Assembly (NCBI RefSeq): GCF_006345805.1
Contig: NC_043012.1
Location: forward strand, 28,644,001 to 28,708,000
Direction: 5' to 3'
DNA length: 64,000 bases
DNA from: Octopus sinensis
Taxonomy: Eukaryota
Below the pieces are notes generated by a model. It made no database searches, was not told the origin of the DNA, and was given only the letters and a program-made list of their open reading frames with translations. How positions within the stretch are numbered: the first letter of the stretch is position 1; the number at the start of each line of letters is the position of its first letter. Position numbers and translations under genes: made by a program. Positions 1 through 12,599 of this stretch are shown one piece after another.

Positions 1-669
1 TTGAACTGCAACTTAAAAGTGTGGTGCTGAAAATGTTTATCAAAAGCGGCCAGAAGTGGTTCTTCCTTGAGCGGGTACATATACATTAACACAAATAATG
101 AACAAGCAAAATATTTGGCATCACTTTAGAGCATTACCTTTTCTCTAGAATTTCATTAATTTTTCGATCATGGAAACACATTTATCTTTCACTCTGGACG
201 TTTCTTAGTTTCTCGAGGAACTGGTAACTACTAATATCCTCGGTTGAGGATATTCTGTATTGCTATAGTTTCTTATTTCTCTCTCTTCGACGACGGAATG
301 ATTAGCTTCACTCAATAACATATGATCCACATGTTTAGCTATTCTAGAAACAACTGCGTGACGCTCTGTGCACTATGTTTATATTATGAATTAATTGTTC
401 TAGGGTGATGCCAAAGGTTCTGCTTGCTCATAATCTGTTTTAAAGTATATGTAGGTATATTTCTGTCCGTGTTTGTGTATATAGTCGTGGGTATATGTAT
501 ATGCATGTGTAATTAGCGTACAACTTTTATGCAAGCACATTGATTAATGGCAAATCCTAAAAGTCTGTTCACGAATTTCATATTTTGTCACATATATGTA
601 CATGTATATCATATATATGCATATATATATATATATATATAAGAGAACAAAGTGTATGTACGTCGCTAT

Positions 670-1000
670 ATATATACATATATATGAAAATACAAAATGG
701 GACAAGAACGCAAAACATCCGGACAACTAGGTGATACAAAAAGGGACATCAAAACATCCAGATAGACGATACAAAAACACGGACGGGTCATTCGAAGCCT
801 TAAATCTTCAGTCAAGAACCGGATAATCCTCGCAATTTCGGCTGATTCATCTTGAGATTGCTCCAATCTCGCCAGCCCCAAGGGAAAACTAAGCTGTGAG
901 CATTAGATTCCTTGGAAAAACGCATCGAATATATACGAAACAAGGACGGAAAAACAGACGATGTTACACGAATATAAATACAAAATTAATGCAAAAAAGA
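670..1000. repeat. Dispersed non-coding repeat, probably a Penelope-like terminal-repeat fragment; second partial copy at ~49603-49716
   Basis: The block gacgatacaaaaa(a)cacggacggg..cattcgaagcctt.aatcttcagtcaagaaccggat.atcctcgcaatt occurs here and at ~49665-49716, each beside a (TA)n tract. PLE assignment is inference. Confidence 0.4.
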
Positions 1001-1174
1001 CAATAATAATAATAGTAATAGGACATAACAATAGGCGTCTTTCGACTGGAGACGAATTGAATTCCGCTGGCGTGTTGAGAATTAAGCCTTACGGCAGATG
1101 GAAGAGTGTCGATGTGCCAGTGACCGTGTTCAAAAGCAAGAGGGCTAGCAGTCGGCCAACGGTCACGTGAAAAG

Positions 1175-1290
1175 AGAAGAGAGAGAAAAAGAGGAACAAA
1201 GGAATTAAGGAGGGGGGAAGAGAGAGAAAAAGAGGAACAAAGGAATTAAGGAGGGGGAAGAGAGAGAGAAAAAGAGGAACAAAGGAATTA
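1175..1290. repeat. Purine-rich tandem repeat, ~41-42 bp unit, about 3 copies
   Basis: gagagaaaaagaggaacaaaggaatta(aggaggggggaaga) repeated directly. Confidence 0.85.
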
Positions 1291-1973
1291 TGTATGTGTG
1301 TGTCTGTGTGTGTGTATGTCATATATATTTTCGGCTGTAGGTTATATAAAGAACACCCTTCGCACATGGTTTCTCTCAAACCTTCTCATCTTGGTCTGCT
1401 ATTCGACACCTTCATATTACGAGGCGAAATGTCCAGCCGCTAAGCTAAGAAACATCTCTAGTTTTTAATCGTTCATCAATCTTTTCATTCATTTAATATG
1501 TATTACGAACATGCTAATGTTCTTGAGATAAATAACTTTGTAACCTGTAATTCGTTACTTCCTCAAATAACTTCTAGAATCATATCACTTTAAATATTTG
1601 ATATAATTCTCATGTGTTTCTATCGTTCTTTGCTTCACTATTGCCCTTTGCTGCTATTTCGATTTTCTTGTGGCGAAGCTAGCCATTTCTTCCATTTATT
1701 GTTTGCGATGTTCTGTGATGTTCTGTGATGCAAATAACCTTTTGATATGCAATACCAACTCCCTGAATCTAGCCAGCCACCTATCAATCAGGTGACTCTG
1801 CTAGGTAGACCGATTTCATTCTCACCAGAGAGCAGGATGCATGGTTGCTCTTAAATACAAAGACCCTCCCTGGTGAAGAATGTACCCACCAGCATAGACT
1901 AGTCATTAGTGAGTTATAGCTTCCAACTCTGTCGTGTCTGTGAATATATTCCTTGTTGGTCAGTTAGACACAA

Positions 1974-1974
<1 letters not shown>

Positions 1975-2040
<66 letters not shown>
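1975..2040. repeat. (ATT)n/(TAA)n microsatellite
   Basis: Pure att repeat abutting the end of the RT fragment. Confidence 0.95.
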
Positions 2041-2043
<3 letters not shown>

Positions 2044-3710
2044 CCTAGGTACTTGTAGCTCTCCGCTGGGTCTAGTTCTTTTATGACATTCTGCTGGTCA
2101 AGGTTAACGTTAGATGTTTCTGTCATTTTTCCTTTGATAAAGGTAGCCTTTGCACACTTATCGAGGCCGAATTGCATTCTGATGTCGTCACTGAATTGTT
2201 TGACTATCGCTAGTAAGCCCTTGAGTTGTTGGTCATTTTTTGCAAAAAGCTTTAAATCATCCATGTAAATGAGATGATTTATATTTTTATCAAACATTTT
2301 ATACCCGTACTGCGCGTCATTGAGCAGCTTTGAGAGAGGTATTAAGGATAAACAAAAGAGGAGTGGTGACAGTGAGTCACCCTGGAAAATGCCACACGAA
2401 ATTTTTACATCACCAGCATTTAGGGATTCATTGTCACTGTTCAGAGTTAGTGTGGTTCTCCATGATCTCATACTTACAGTCAAGAAGTTTCGCAGAGTAG
2501 GTGCTATCTTATACATTTCCAGGCATTTCCTAATCCAGCTATGTGGTAGACTATCAAAAGCCTTTTTATTGTCTATTCAGGCTATTGATAAGTTTTTGTG
2601 TCGTTTGTGACAATCTTCTAAGATCATCTTATTGATGAGTAGTTGGTCTTTACAGCCGTAGGATCCACGTTTACATCCTTTCTGTTCATTAGGGAATATG
2701 CTGCTGTCTGTTAAAAAACTATAGGTATATTCCGTCAGGACAGATGTTAGTGTTTTGTACATAGTTGTTAAGCAGGTTATGGGTCTATAGTTTTTTTGGT
2801 TCATTTGTTTCTTCACTTTTTGGAAGTAGGAATGTTAACCCATTAACTAGCCAAGGAGGCATCCTACTAGGGTGTTGCAAAACATCATTGTACAGTTCTG
2901 TTAACAGTTCATGGCTCTCTGGGAAGGCATTCAGCCAGAAGTTAGGAATTTTATCCTTTCCTGGAGACTTCCATTTGCTTGACCTCCTGAGAGCAGATCT
3001 TATATCTTCTACCTTGACACCCTCCCACTTTTGCTCTTCTAAGGGGTCCAGTTCTGTAGATATTCTGTCAATCCAGGGGGCCTTTTCGTTGTTTGTTTTT
3101 TCTTCTGCCCAGATTTTATTCCAAAATCCCTGCACTTCTTCTTTTGATGGTACAGACCTTGCAGTAAACGCTGTTTTTCCTATCTTCCTGTAAAAATTCT
3201 TGGTGTTATTTTTGAACATGTTGTTGTCCTTGAAAAATCTAACACGCTTTTCATACCTCGCTATGCGGGCAGCTTTGGCAGATACCTTTTGTTTGATGGT
3301 TTCTATGGTGGCATCAATATCAAGTATAGTTTTCATATTGTATTTTTTCAGTAATTTTGGGGTTTTTGTAGGTTTGGTAGTCTTGTGAGCCTTAAGGTTT
3401 TTCAAATATTCAATGTCAGATCTAAATATTTTAATTTGTTGTTGCAGACGCTCTTGCCAAGAAGGCTTTTTGTGGGAATGTTGCCGTTTTCTAATCTTTA
3501 CACCACATAGGATCGTTGAGATTTTCGCGGATGCATAGTATATTGAGGTTTGTGATATCAACATCATTAGCTGAAATTATATCCTTAAGTGCAAGCCGGA
3601 TTTTACCAATTATTTTCATGTTTTGGTTAGAGTTGCGGATTTTAGGAAGTGTATCACATTCATCCATGGTGGTTTCTTTAATTTTCAGCCATGCTAGTTT
3701 CTTTAATTTT
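2041..3710 (-). mobile_element. R4/Dong-clade non-LTR retrotransposon, RT region, frameshifted and truncated at both ends
   Basis: Three overlapping minus ORFs give KSPGKDKIPNFW, NYRPITCL, EQKGCKRGSYGCKDQLLIN, GIFQGDSLSPLLFC, HLIYMDDLKLFAK, FGLDKCA and YKYLG, which are RLE-clade RT motifs. Confidence 0.9.
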
Positions 3711-3716
3711 TATTAC

Positions 3717-3756
<40 letters not shown>
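3711..3756. repeat. (ATT)n microsatellite
   Basis: att repeat at the other end of the RT fragment. Confidence 0.95.
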
Positions 3757-3899
3757 TCCCTTTCACTTGTCAGAGCTCTACATTTCACTTGATCTGGTTA
3801 ATTCTGTAAGGACGGAGAACAACCTCTTGTTAAGTGTTTCACAGAATCTCTTTCCACGATATTTAACATCCAAGTACCAATTTCAAAATCCTCGCTGTC

Positions 3900-5170
3900 C
3901 CCAATAAAGCAGTTTTCTGAGCATATTCTACCCTCATATTAATCTCAATTTCTCAAACCTGGCCAAAATGCTTCCCAGTGCCCCTATAACTACAGGGATG
4001 ACTGTTACTTTCTTCAGGGCCCAGGTCCACATTCGTGCAATTTCATCTTTTAGCGGTTTCTCAGTTATTTCCAGTTCTTTGTTACTCACTCGTTCATTCC
4101 TAGGTATAGCAATATCTATGATCTTGGTTTCGTTCATCATTTTATCAACTACAACAATGTCTAGTCTGCGAACATCATTCATTGAATAACTCTGGATTGT
4201 AAAATCCCACAAGAGCTTATACTCATTATTCTCAGTGACGCCTTCTGGTGTTCATGCTCGTACCATTTTAATATCCTTTCAAGATCGTACTTCTCATACA
4301 ATCTCTAATACACATACTTAGCTACGTTATCATGCCTCCTTTTGTATTCCCTTTGGACAACCTTGCTACACTCACTCGCAATATCTGAGACTGTTTCAGC
4401 TTGATGCCACACATCTTATAAAGAGGAGACTTACTACTCTTATCTGTAATTAGTTCTCAGAGCCTCTTCCTGAGCGCTGTGTATCAATACTTCAGTACAT
4501 CCTTTCAAATGACTTTTCCACAGCCATCTTCCTCTTCCATTTCTCTGAGCGCTTTCCCATGCATGACTTTCACTTTCCAGTTGTTCAGTCTGTGTTCTCC
4601 ATATTGCTTCTTAAATACTTTCGGGTGTATCACATTTTCACTAGGTATCGTGTCGCTGTTTCTAATATCAACCACCAATGGTGCAATCTGCTGTTTCACG
4701 CACCATCTCACCGTTTTCCTCGTTGACATCACAGATCTTGCAGCCTATGATACTTCATCCTCTCTTATATCTCGGCACATGCAGTCTGTCGATATTGCTT
4801 TTAGCGTGCAGTTCCTTGTTCACTGTCATAACTTTCCTGGTTTTCTATCCATTTCCTTAAGCTCGTTCTTTGTCCATCTAACAACACTTGCGCCATATCA
4901 CACTAAGAAGACACCCCATGTATTTATTGTTCTGGTCCTTTCTTTCCATTGAGTTTACTCTATAATTAATTTGGTTCTTAGGTATTCTCACATAAAGCTT
5001 TCCTTGATCTTTTCATACTCCAAAATATCCAGATACTTACATCCATCCACCTGAACATCCTTAATTCTTTTACTGTTGGTAGTTATACATCATCAGATGA
5101 CACTACTTTGCCTTTTTTAATAAGCATACCGTTCCTTTTAATCCCAAATTCCATCCCGATATCAAATTTA
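3900..5170 (-). mobile_element. Second, older R4/Dong-like LINE remnant (RT end, linker, restriction-like endonuclease)
   Basis: Minus-strand peptides CKYLDI (RT end), MHGK.LR and WDFTIQ...RRLDIVVVDK...IIDIAIP...EIARMW...VIPVVIGALG (PD-(D/E)xK domain). Many stops and frameshifts. Confidence 0.8.
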
Positions 5171-5336
5171 AAAAATTACATAGAAATCACCCTATCATTG
5201 TATTTTACCATTATGACCGAGTTTGACTATTGTCTTGTTTTAATAGCCTAAAACAGTATAATTATTAGGTATGATTTTAAAAACAGGCATCTTGCATCGT
5301 TTGGACAGCTTCAGCTACACAGAAAAGAGCCTGCAT

Positions 5337-6600
5337 CACTGTAACATCAGTCACCCGTAAGCAGAGAGTAGAGAAAGATGCGCTTTACAAGGTCACGTTA
5401 CTTAAGATAAAATGTTCTTATTTCAGTTATTTCTTAATGCCGTTTTTTTTTTCAATGTATATATGCTACATACATTGCTTTATTGCATCATGTTATATTA
5501 CAGTGCTTCTTTAATATTATGTATACACTTAGATAGTAAATCAAATATATGCTGTTAAAAATGTTCCCTTCTCCTTTCTTTACAGACCTCCACATCATTT
5601 GAAGCAAGGATGTTTTCTAGATGTGCAACAAGCCTGGATAACTTTTGTTACATTTCTGGCGCGTTTATGACCAAAAGAAAAACATTAATAAATTTGTCAA
5701 AAATCTTACTATGCCTACTTTGAAGGGAAATTAGGCGCCCAAGATAAAAAGTGGGCTCTTCATAAGGCCTGCTCAATTTGCGCTGAAGAACTAAGACAAT
5801 GGAGAAAGTGCACAGAGAAGTTTTTTTAAATTTTGGGGTTTCCAAAAAATCACAGTGATAACTACTACTTTTCTTTACATAAGGAGCAGGGACACAATTC
5901 GGAGAGTGGGAAAACATTGTTTATTCAAATCCCTCATCTGCATTACGACCTGTTACCCATGGACCAAACGTTCCAGTTCCATCCCCACCAGGAAACCATG
6001 AAGACTTACATTTGAGTTGTGAGGAGTCAGAAGGCAGAAATAGTAAATGATCTAGTGGGGAACTGAAGCTCAGAAAGGATTCATCAGAGATATTAGGTTT
6101 CAGACTTAGATCCAAGAGTCTTTTAGCTCCTCCAGCATTATTCTATTAATATCGTAACGGCGTAAAAATAATTTGTTCCTTATATCACTCAAGAAAATGA
6201 TTCATTTTATTGTACAAAATATGATTCGTTTTTATTGTTGATCCGAAAACGGTTCTTTTGCCACCTCTACTTGGCCTCATGAAGTAAATTGTAAAAGCTT
6301 TGCCACAGAATAAAGATGGCTTCAAAAATATACGTAGCAAGTTTTCAGTTCTATAAGATGCCAAAGCCGAAAAGGGTGTATTTGTAAGACAGATATAAAG
6401 AAACTCGCCAAGGATGAAAATGTTGAAAACTCTCTTGGTGATTTTGAAAAGATGCATGGATTTGTTTCAAAGATGCGATGAAGAACAAGGATCCAAACTA
6501 CAAAGACATAGTGGGAAGAATGCTGGCAAAGTTCGAAAATCTTATAATAATTCTGCTTGTCATTGCATTACTCAGCCCGTTGGTAACATTTTCACGTGAT
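5337..6600 (+). mobile_element. Decayed DNA transposon, Chapaev3-like (CMC superfamily)
   Basis: Fragmentary peptides CNKPG/DNFCYI, APKIKSG/WA.H..C..CAEELRQW, VLLPPL.LGLMK, KGVFV and KNKDPNYKDIVGRML; starts with CAC (cactgtaaca). Family name is from recall of motifs. Confidence 0.6.
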
Positions 6601-7058
6601 CAGAGAAAAAGAGGTAGAGAGAAAAAGAGGATGAGTGAAGCGTCCATGACGTGAGGTAGAGTGAATATAATTGCAACGCTTTCCTGTGATTAGTTGAAGA
6701 AAAAGGGGAAACAAAAGAGAGAGGAGAAGAGGATAAGGCGAAGAGTGAGGCAGAAAGGGAGACAGAAAGCTAAAGAGGAAGAGAGAAAAGACGGAGAGAG
6801 AAGCGTCCATAACGTATGTTAGGGGGTAAGTAATATTAAGTGGTTAAAAAAGTTAGTTGAATGTAGAGGAGAGTTAGAGATGTAATTTTAGTAGGGGGGT
6901 GATGTTCTGATGGTGAGATTAAAGAAAAGCAGAGAGAGAGAGAGACAGAGAGAGAGAGAAAGAAAGAAAGCAAGAAAGAAAGAAAGAAAAAAAGAGACAG
7001 ATGATGTTGATGGTAACTTGTATTTAATTGTTTTTTTATATCACCCATCACTTAACGC

Positions 7059-7322
7059 ATGCGCATTCTAAACTTAGAAAGAAACCAGTTTCCTATTCGC
7101 CTGCCATATGCAATGGCTATCAATAAATCACAAGGGCAGACATTTGAGAAAGTGGGGCTATTCTTGCCTGAGCCTGTATTCAGCCACAGTCAGCTCTATG
7201 TTGCATCCTCAAGGGCTCGCAAATTATCTGACGTGAGAGTTAAAGTGATCAATACTGAGAAACAAGGGAAAAGAAGGAGAACTTACACGAAGAACATAGT
7301 CGGCAAAGAAATATTGGATTGA
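7059..7322 (+). mobile_element. Helitron PIF1-helicase C-terminal fragment
   Basis: RNQFPIRLPYAMAINKSQGQTFEKVGLFLPEPVFSHSQLYVASSR...TKNIV, matching Helitron helicase motifs V-VI. Confidence 0.85.
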
Positions 7323-8614
7323 AAGGTGTACGCAAATTGAAATGTGTATTAGCTCTGACCCATCGCCTTGGCTTAGAAGATACCAACGATGTGGCTTTTA
7401 GAATATGTCATGTTAAATTTTTACCCCTGTGAAAGTGTGACCCTTCTATTTTACATATAAAATCATTTTTTTCTTTTTTACTATAGAATTTTTGTTTTCT
7501 AGATATGAAAAGTTTGAAATGTAATTTTTTCTGTTTATTGGAAAAAATGGAAAAATAAATGTGAATATTTATTTTATGTGTGGTGTATACTGAGTCTATA
7601 AAATTGCGCATAAAGTATACAGATTATGTATATCGTATTTCAATTTCCTTCACTTTTCAATGAATAGCAGACGAGCGACTATCTTTTAATACAGACAACA
7701 CAGGCTACGCTTTCAGGCTTTTGGGATAAAGTCTTCAGGAACAACCCAATAGGGTCCCGCTGGTGAGCATTAAAGTTTATTTCCTACAAGCTCATTCTGT
7801 AAAATCTGGAGGATCTACGTAAGGAGCAGGGGTAAGATTTAATTAAGACAAGAAGATATGAGGGAAGATGGAATATCGAGATATTGATCCACCAGGAAAC
7901 CATGAAGGCATACATAGATGGAAGGAGCCTTTGTAAAAATCTATTTTCTCGCCTTTCAATTGTATTTGTACCGTATTATTTTGCTATCTAAAGTGTCATA
8001 TTTATTTTCACTTGTTTCAATTTGTCCTACCATATATGGAGTTACCTACAAATTATGGTATATTCTATAATTAGATTGTGAAAAAAACTTAGGTAATGGG
8101 AGATAGCTATTTTGATATTTCGAATTAGGAACACACAAATATAGAAAAATAACATACAATTATCAAAGTAATTTTCAAAAATTCCATTTCGCAGCCCTGT
8201 GTGGTAGAAGGCTTTTTCAAGCTGTTAAAATAACACCATTGTCAGAGCGAGATAGGGACCCGGGTTTCCAAGCAAATATTGGAATTTTGTTTTGGAAAAT
8301 GGTGCAGAGATATCAAACAACAGAAAAGAAGTATAAGTTTTGTTACTCTGAGTGCAGAACCAATCGATTACCTCTCGCTCATCTTTCTCTCCCTTTCCTA
8401 TGAGAGTTGTAAAAATTCAAGCGAGAGAGGTTGGGTGCTCCTTGTTTGGTCCATATCTACATTTGGGCTGCAAATTGTTAATTCTATTGTGTTATAGTCA
8501 GAGAAAATCGCAGGCGCCTCCTTCAGGTTATAAAAGTTAAGTTGAGCTAAGTAAATTTTTTGGCTCAAAAAGCAAAAAGCAAGGCCATGTAGGGGGACAT
8601 GGAGTTATGTACAG

Positions 8615-9300
8615 GGTGGTGTTCATGCAAAGAGTTCAGGCCATTTGTGGTCAAGGGAGACTTTGAACCGAGCGGTCGTCGGCATCTTCACTATCTCGTC
8701 CGGCAGCTTATTCCACGGATCCGCAACCTGGACGGAGAGAACTCCTCTCCTTCGATTGAGATGAAATCGTCGCAGATAGAGCTTTTCGGAGTGACCCCGC
8801 AGCCGACGTTCTGGAGCAGGAGTGAAGAACAGCTCTTTCAAGAGGTTACACTTTCCGCTTATGATGTTGTGAGCAAGAATGAGATCACCACGGCGTCGTC
8901 GTTTTTCTAGAGAATAAAGGTCGAGCGTCTTCAGCCTTTCTTCTTAAGACAAATGCTTCAGACCAAGAACCATGCGGGTAGCCAGCTTCTGGACTCTTTC
9001 GAGATGATGTATGTCTTTGAGGAGATAAGGAGAAGAGGCTTGAATCCCGTACTCCAAAATGGACATAGAGCGGTAGGAATATGGCTGCTGTGAGCATTCC
9101 GAATGACGGTCGAATCGAAAACAGAACTCCGCGTGCTTTGTTGGCATCATGGACGCACTGGGCCGAAGGCGGAAAGGAAGAATCCACCAAGATACCCAGG
9201 TCCTTTACCTGGTCGGTCCTCTCCAGCAGCACACGACCCGGCTCGAAATCAAGTTGAGTTGCAGGAGAAGAGCCAACAGGCATATGACAACACTTTGACA
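8615..9300 (-). mobile_element. CR1/L2-type LINE 3' fragment
   Basis: ILEYGIQASSPYLLKDIHHLERVQKLATRMVLGLKHLSYEERL, then RGHSEKL...WNKLPDEIV...FKVSLD, the CR1 RT C-terminus. Confidence 0.85.
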
Positions 9301-9519
9301 CTATAAATGCTCATAAAAGAATACTATTATTTGTTAAGTAGTGATATAGTGTAGTATTGCCTCTCGCTGGATAAAATACTATTGGTTTTCGTTTATGCAG
9401 TGACATTCGTGAAAGAATATGGTGCTTGGTCCATTTGAAGTCACCTAAGAGAAGTACTGATCCAATTAGATTAACATCTACTCTATTTCTTTGTATACTG
9501 AAACTGTATACCCCTCCCG

Positions 9520-9900
9520 GTAAAAAGTGGTATCACCCTAGATCGAATGGAAAGGCCAAACGGTGCGTGGATACTTTTAACAGAATTTTAAAGAAAGCTA
9601 ATAAGGAAGCTACGGACGAGGTTGCGATCCAACAATTCTTAAGGATATACAGTGTAACTCTGAACCGAAATGCACCAGAAAGAAGTTCATCAGAAGAATT
9701 AATGTTGGCCAGAAAGGTGAAGTCAGTATTCGATAAACTGTTACCAGTGAAGAAAAACATACGCGTTAGTAAAGATTCTTTAGAATCAGTGATAAGGTTT
9801 ATGTAAGAATGTACAAAAATGGCAAGAAATACTGGGAAGAAGGAGAAATTGTAACATACATGACGTATGATGTAAGAAGCAGAAATGGAATGAAAAGGAG
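9520..9900 (+). mobile_element. Ty3/Gypsy integrase C-terminal fragment
   Basis: YHPRSNGKAKRCVDTFNRILKK...QQFLRIY.VTLN...SSEELMLARKVKSVFDKLLP resembles the YHPxSNGxAERFVxTFK integrase motif. Confidence 0.8.
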
Positions 9901-10222
9901 ACAAAAATCAGCTTCCGGAATGAGTCAGAGAAAAGGAACCAACTAGAGTAGAAATACCGATGGATTAACTATATGATACTTTCGGGTTCCAGCACCGTTA
10001 CAAGAAGTCGAAGCCACACGTACAAGGGAAAGGAAGAACACTGAATTCCTAAACGAAATATCAGCGTGATGATGATGGTCGCTTTGGCAGTAGTAGTAGT
10101 AGTAGTAGTAGAATTCCTAAGAAGAAAAGATATTGAGTATATATATGAATTTTTTGCGTAATGAGATAAAAAAAAACCAAGGCTGTATAATAGATATTAG
10201 AACATTTATAGATAGAAGGTCT

Positions 10223-10327
<105 letters not shown>

Positions 10328-10805
10328 ATACACATATATATATATATGATTAAAAAATGGGTGGGGTTGTACAGTGAAGCTTCATACCCCTGCCGGTAAA
10401 ACGTGGTAGGACACCCATTATAAATAGACCAGTAGCAGGTCGTAGAGAGAGGATCGAGAATCGAATAGTTGAGAATCGACAGTTCTAGTCGATATCTTGC
10501 GACAGAAATTAATGTATTACTACTCCGGTACAAAGAGATACAACTGTATCCGATGACTAGTAACCATTGTGGGTACTAGCGTAAAACAGCAACTACAGTG
10601 CAACGGCATTCACACTTCACGCCAATAGGAGGAACCCACTTTACAACAATTTTTCAGACGCCCTCTTCAAATTTTCTATCTATAGTACCGGATAGTAGAA
10701 TGGTGTGACGAACAAAAGAAGCCTTCGGTATCCCAGCGGGGTTCCAGTGCAATGAGCGGAATCAGTAAAAGTGTATGTGTATGCGTGTGTGCGCGCATGT
10801 GTATC

Positions 10806-10838
<33 letters not shown>

Positions 10839-10917
10839 AGTCTGGATGTATTCACTCGTAGATGTATCATGGCCGAAACGTTTATATCGTAACTACGAGA
10901 TCCCATGCTATATATAT

Positions 10918-11607
10918 CCATTCGGTGAGCTTCCACACAGTTTCAATCGAGCTAATTTCACTCACGAACCTTCGATCGTTCCAATACTACGCAGTTTTGG
11001 ATGGGTTTATATATACTAGTTCATTTCGGCATTTTCATTTTCTGCCGACTGAAACTGCGCTTGCGTGGTAGATTTTGAAAAAATTATAACATATAAAGAT
11101 GGGACACGTGCTATTGGTCTCATATTTATAGGTTAGTCTTGAATGGCTCGGTTACTGATGAGAAGTTGCCTAGTAAATTATTTTATTTACTAAAAAATTT
11201 GAAACCTATAGGTATAACCGTAAAATCAAGGTAAAAGTTTTGATTTTTTCATTCCCTTTGAAATTGCTTAAATTTTGTGGTTTTCGGTCGTTTTGACTGT
11301 CTCCTAGCGAGTAGAAATTGCCTGTTATAGGTAATTTCTCTTTGTGTTTAAATGTACACTATTTTATATTGTCGTCTATTGACTTTTTATACATGCTAGG
11401 CCACTGGTAGTGAAATTTGTAAAAATTTACTACCCTATATATACATATACATACATACATACACACACATACGCACACACACACACGCACACACACATAT
11501 ATATATACATATATATAACCCCAAAACACTGTGTAGTATTGGAATGATCGAAGGTTCGTGATTGAAATTAGCTCGCTTGAAACTGTGTGGTAGCTTGCCG
11601 AATGGAC
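10918..11607. repeat. Pair of ~85-bp inverted SINE-like fragments (10918-11000 and 11521-11607)
   Basis: tccattcggtgagcttccacacagtttcaatcgagctaatttcactcacgaaccttcgatcgttccaatactacgcagttttgg reappears reverse-complemented with a few mismatches. Confidence 0.8.
11149..11220 (+). ncRNA. Minimal type-I hammerhead ribozyme motif
   Basis: Stem I CGGTTA/TAACCG, core CTGATGA, long stem II (GAA/TTT base plus TAGTAAAT/ATTTACTA), GAAA, palindromic stem III ACCTATAGGT, GUA cleavage site at 11214. Confidence 0.75.
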
Positions 11608-11693
11608 TGCATTGACCGTTGGCGGTTCGACGGCGAACTATTCACTTCTTATATTCCTAACATTTTATAGCCAATTACTGCAAACATTACCAC

Positions 11694-11696
11694 TCT

Positions 11697-11793
<97 letters not shown>

Positions 11794-11934
11794 GCTGCTG
11801 CTGCTACTACTACTACTACTACTACTACTATTTCTACTGCTACTGCTACTGCTGCTACTACTATACTACTACTACTACTACTATTTCTACTGCTACTGCT
11901 ACTGCTGCTGCTGCTACTACTACTCCTACTACAA

Positions 11935-12022
<88 letters not shown>

Positions 12023-12095
12023 CACTACTTCTGCTGCTGCTGCCAACGCGACCGCCAAACACCATCACCACCACCGCTATCATCATCATCATCAC
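11694..12095. repeat. Compound (CTA)/(CTG)/(CAT) trinucleotide microsatellite
   Basis: Direct reading; it explains the polyL/polyS/polyV ORFs. Confidence 0.95.
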
Positions 12096-12599
12096 GTTGA
12101 TATTTCTTTAAGCTTAGCAAAACATATTTTCCGACTTAAGTAAATAATTATTTGTGAAAAATCAACGTGTCTTGACAGAAAATATAACGTGGCGAGAGTT
12201 AGATGTCGGCAAACGATATGTGATGGGAATGATAATTATCAGAGTGGTATTCCATGTTTTGGGCAAGTTATTTTAGAGTCTACCAAATATGGAAGGAATT
12301 AAAAACAACGCTTTTACCGTTTGTTTGGGGTGATCATACACACGCGTGCGCGCGCGTATACATACATAAATACACGCATACACACACATATACAAACACA
12401 TGCACAAACTTATTCAACCACACGGACAAGCATATGTATTATGTGGGTAGGTAGGTAAGTAGGTAGATAGAGTGGTGGGTAGGTAGGTAGGTACTTCTGT
12501 GAAAGATGAGTAGTCCATGTATTTACAAGAATAAATAACATTAGAGAATCTATTATGTAATGAAGAGTTGTGAAGGCAAAGAATGGTTAATTATTCTTT

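Noticed and set aside
20-330. Possible LINE AP-endonuclease remnant on the minus strand (CVNVYVPAQGRTTSGRF)
   Set aside because: Only one short motif among many stops; too weak to call.
1780-1860. CTGGTGA...GAAA on the minus strand as a hammerhead
   Set aside because: Core mismatch, no stem II, and stem I does not pair next to the core.
5984-7907. Exact 19-bp match ccaccaggaaaccatgaag at ~5984 and ~7889
   Set aside because: Too short and with no flanking similarity; no structure supported.
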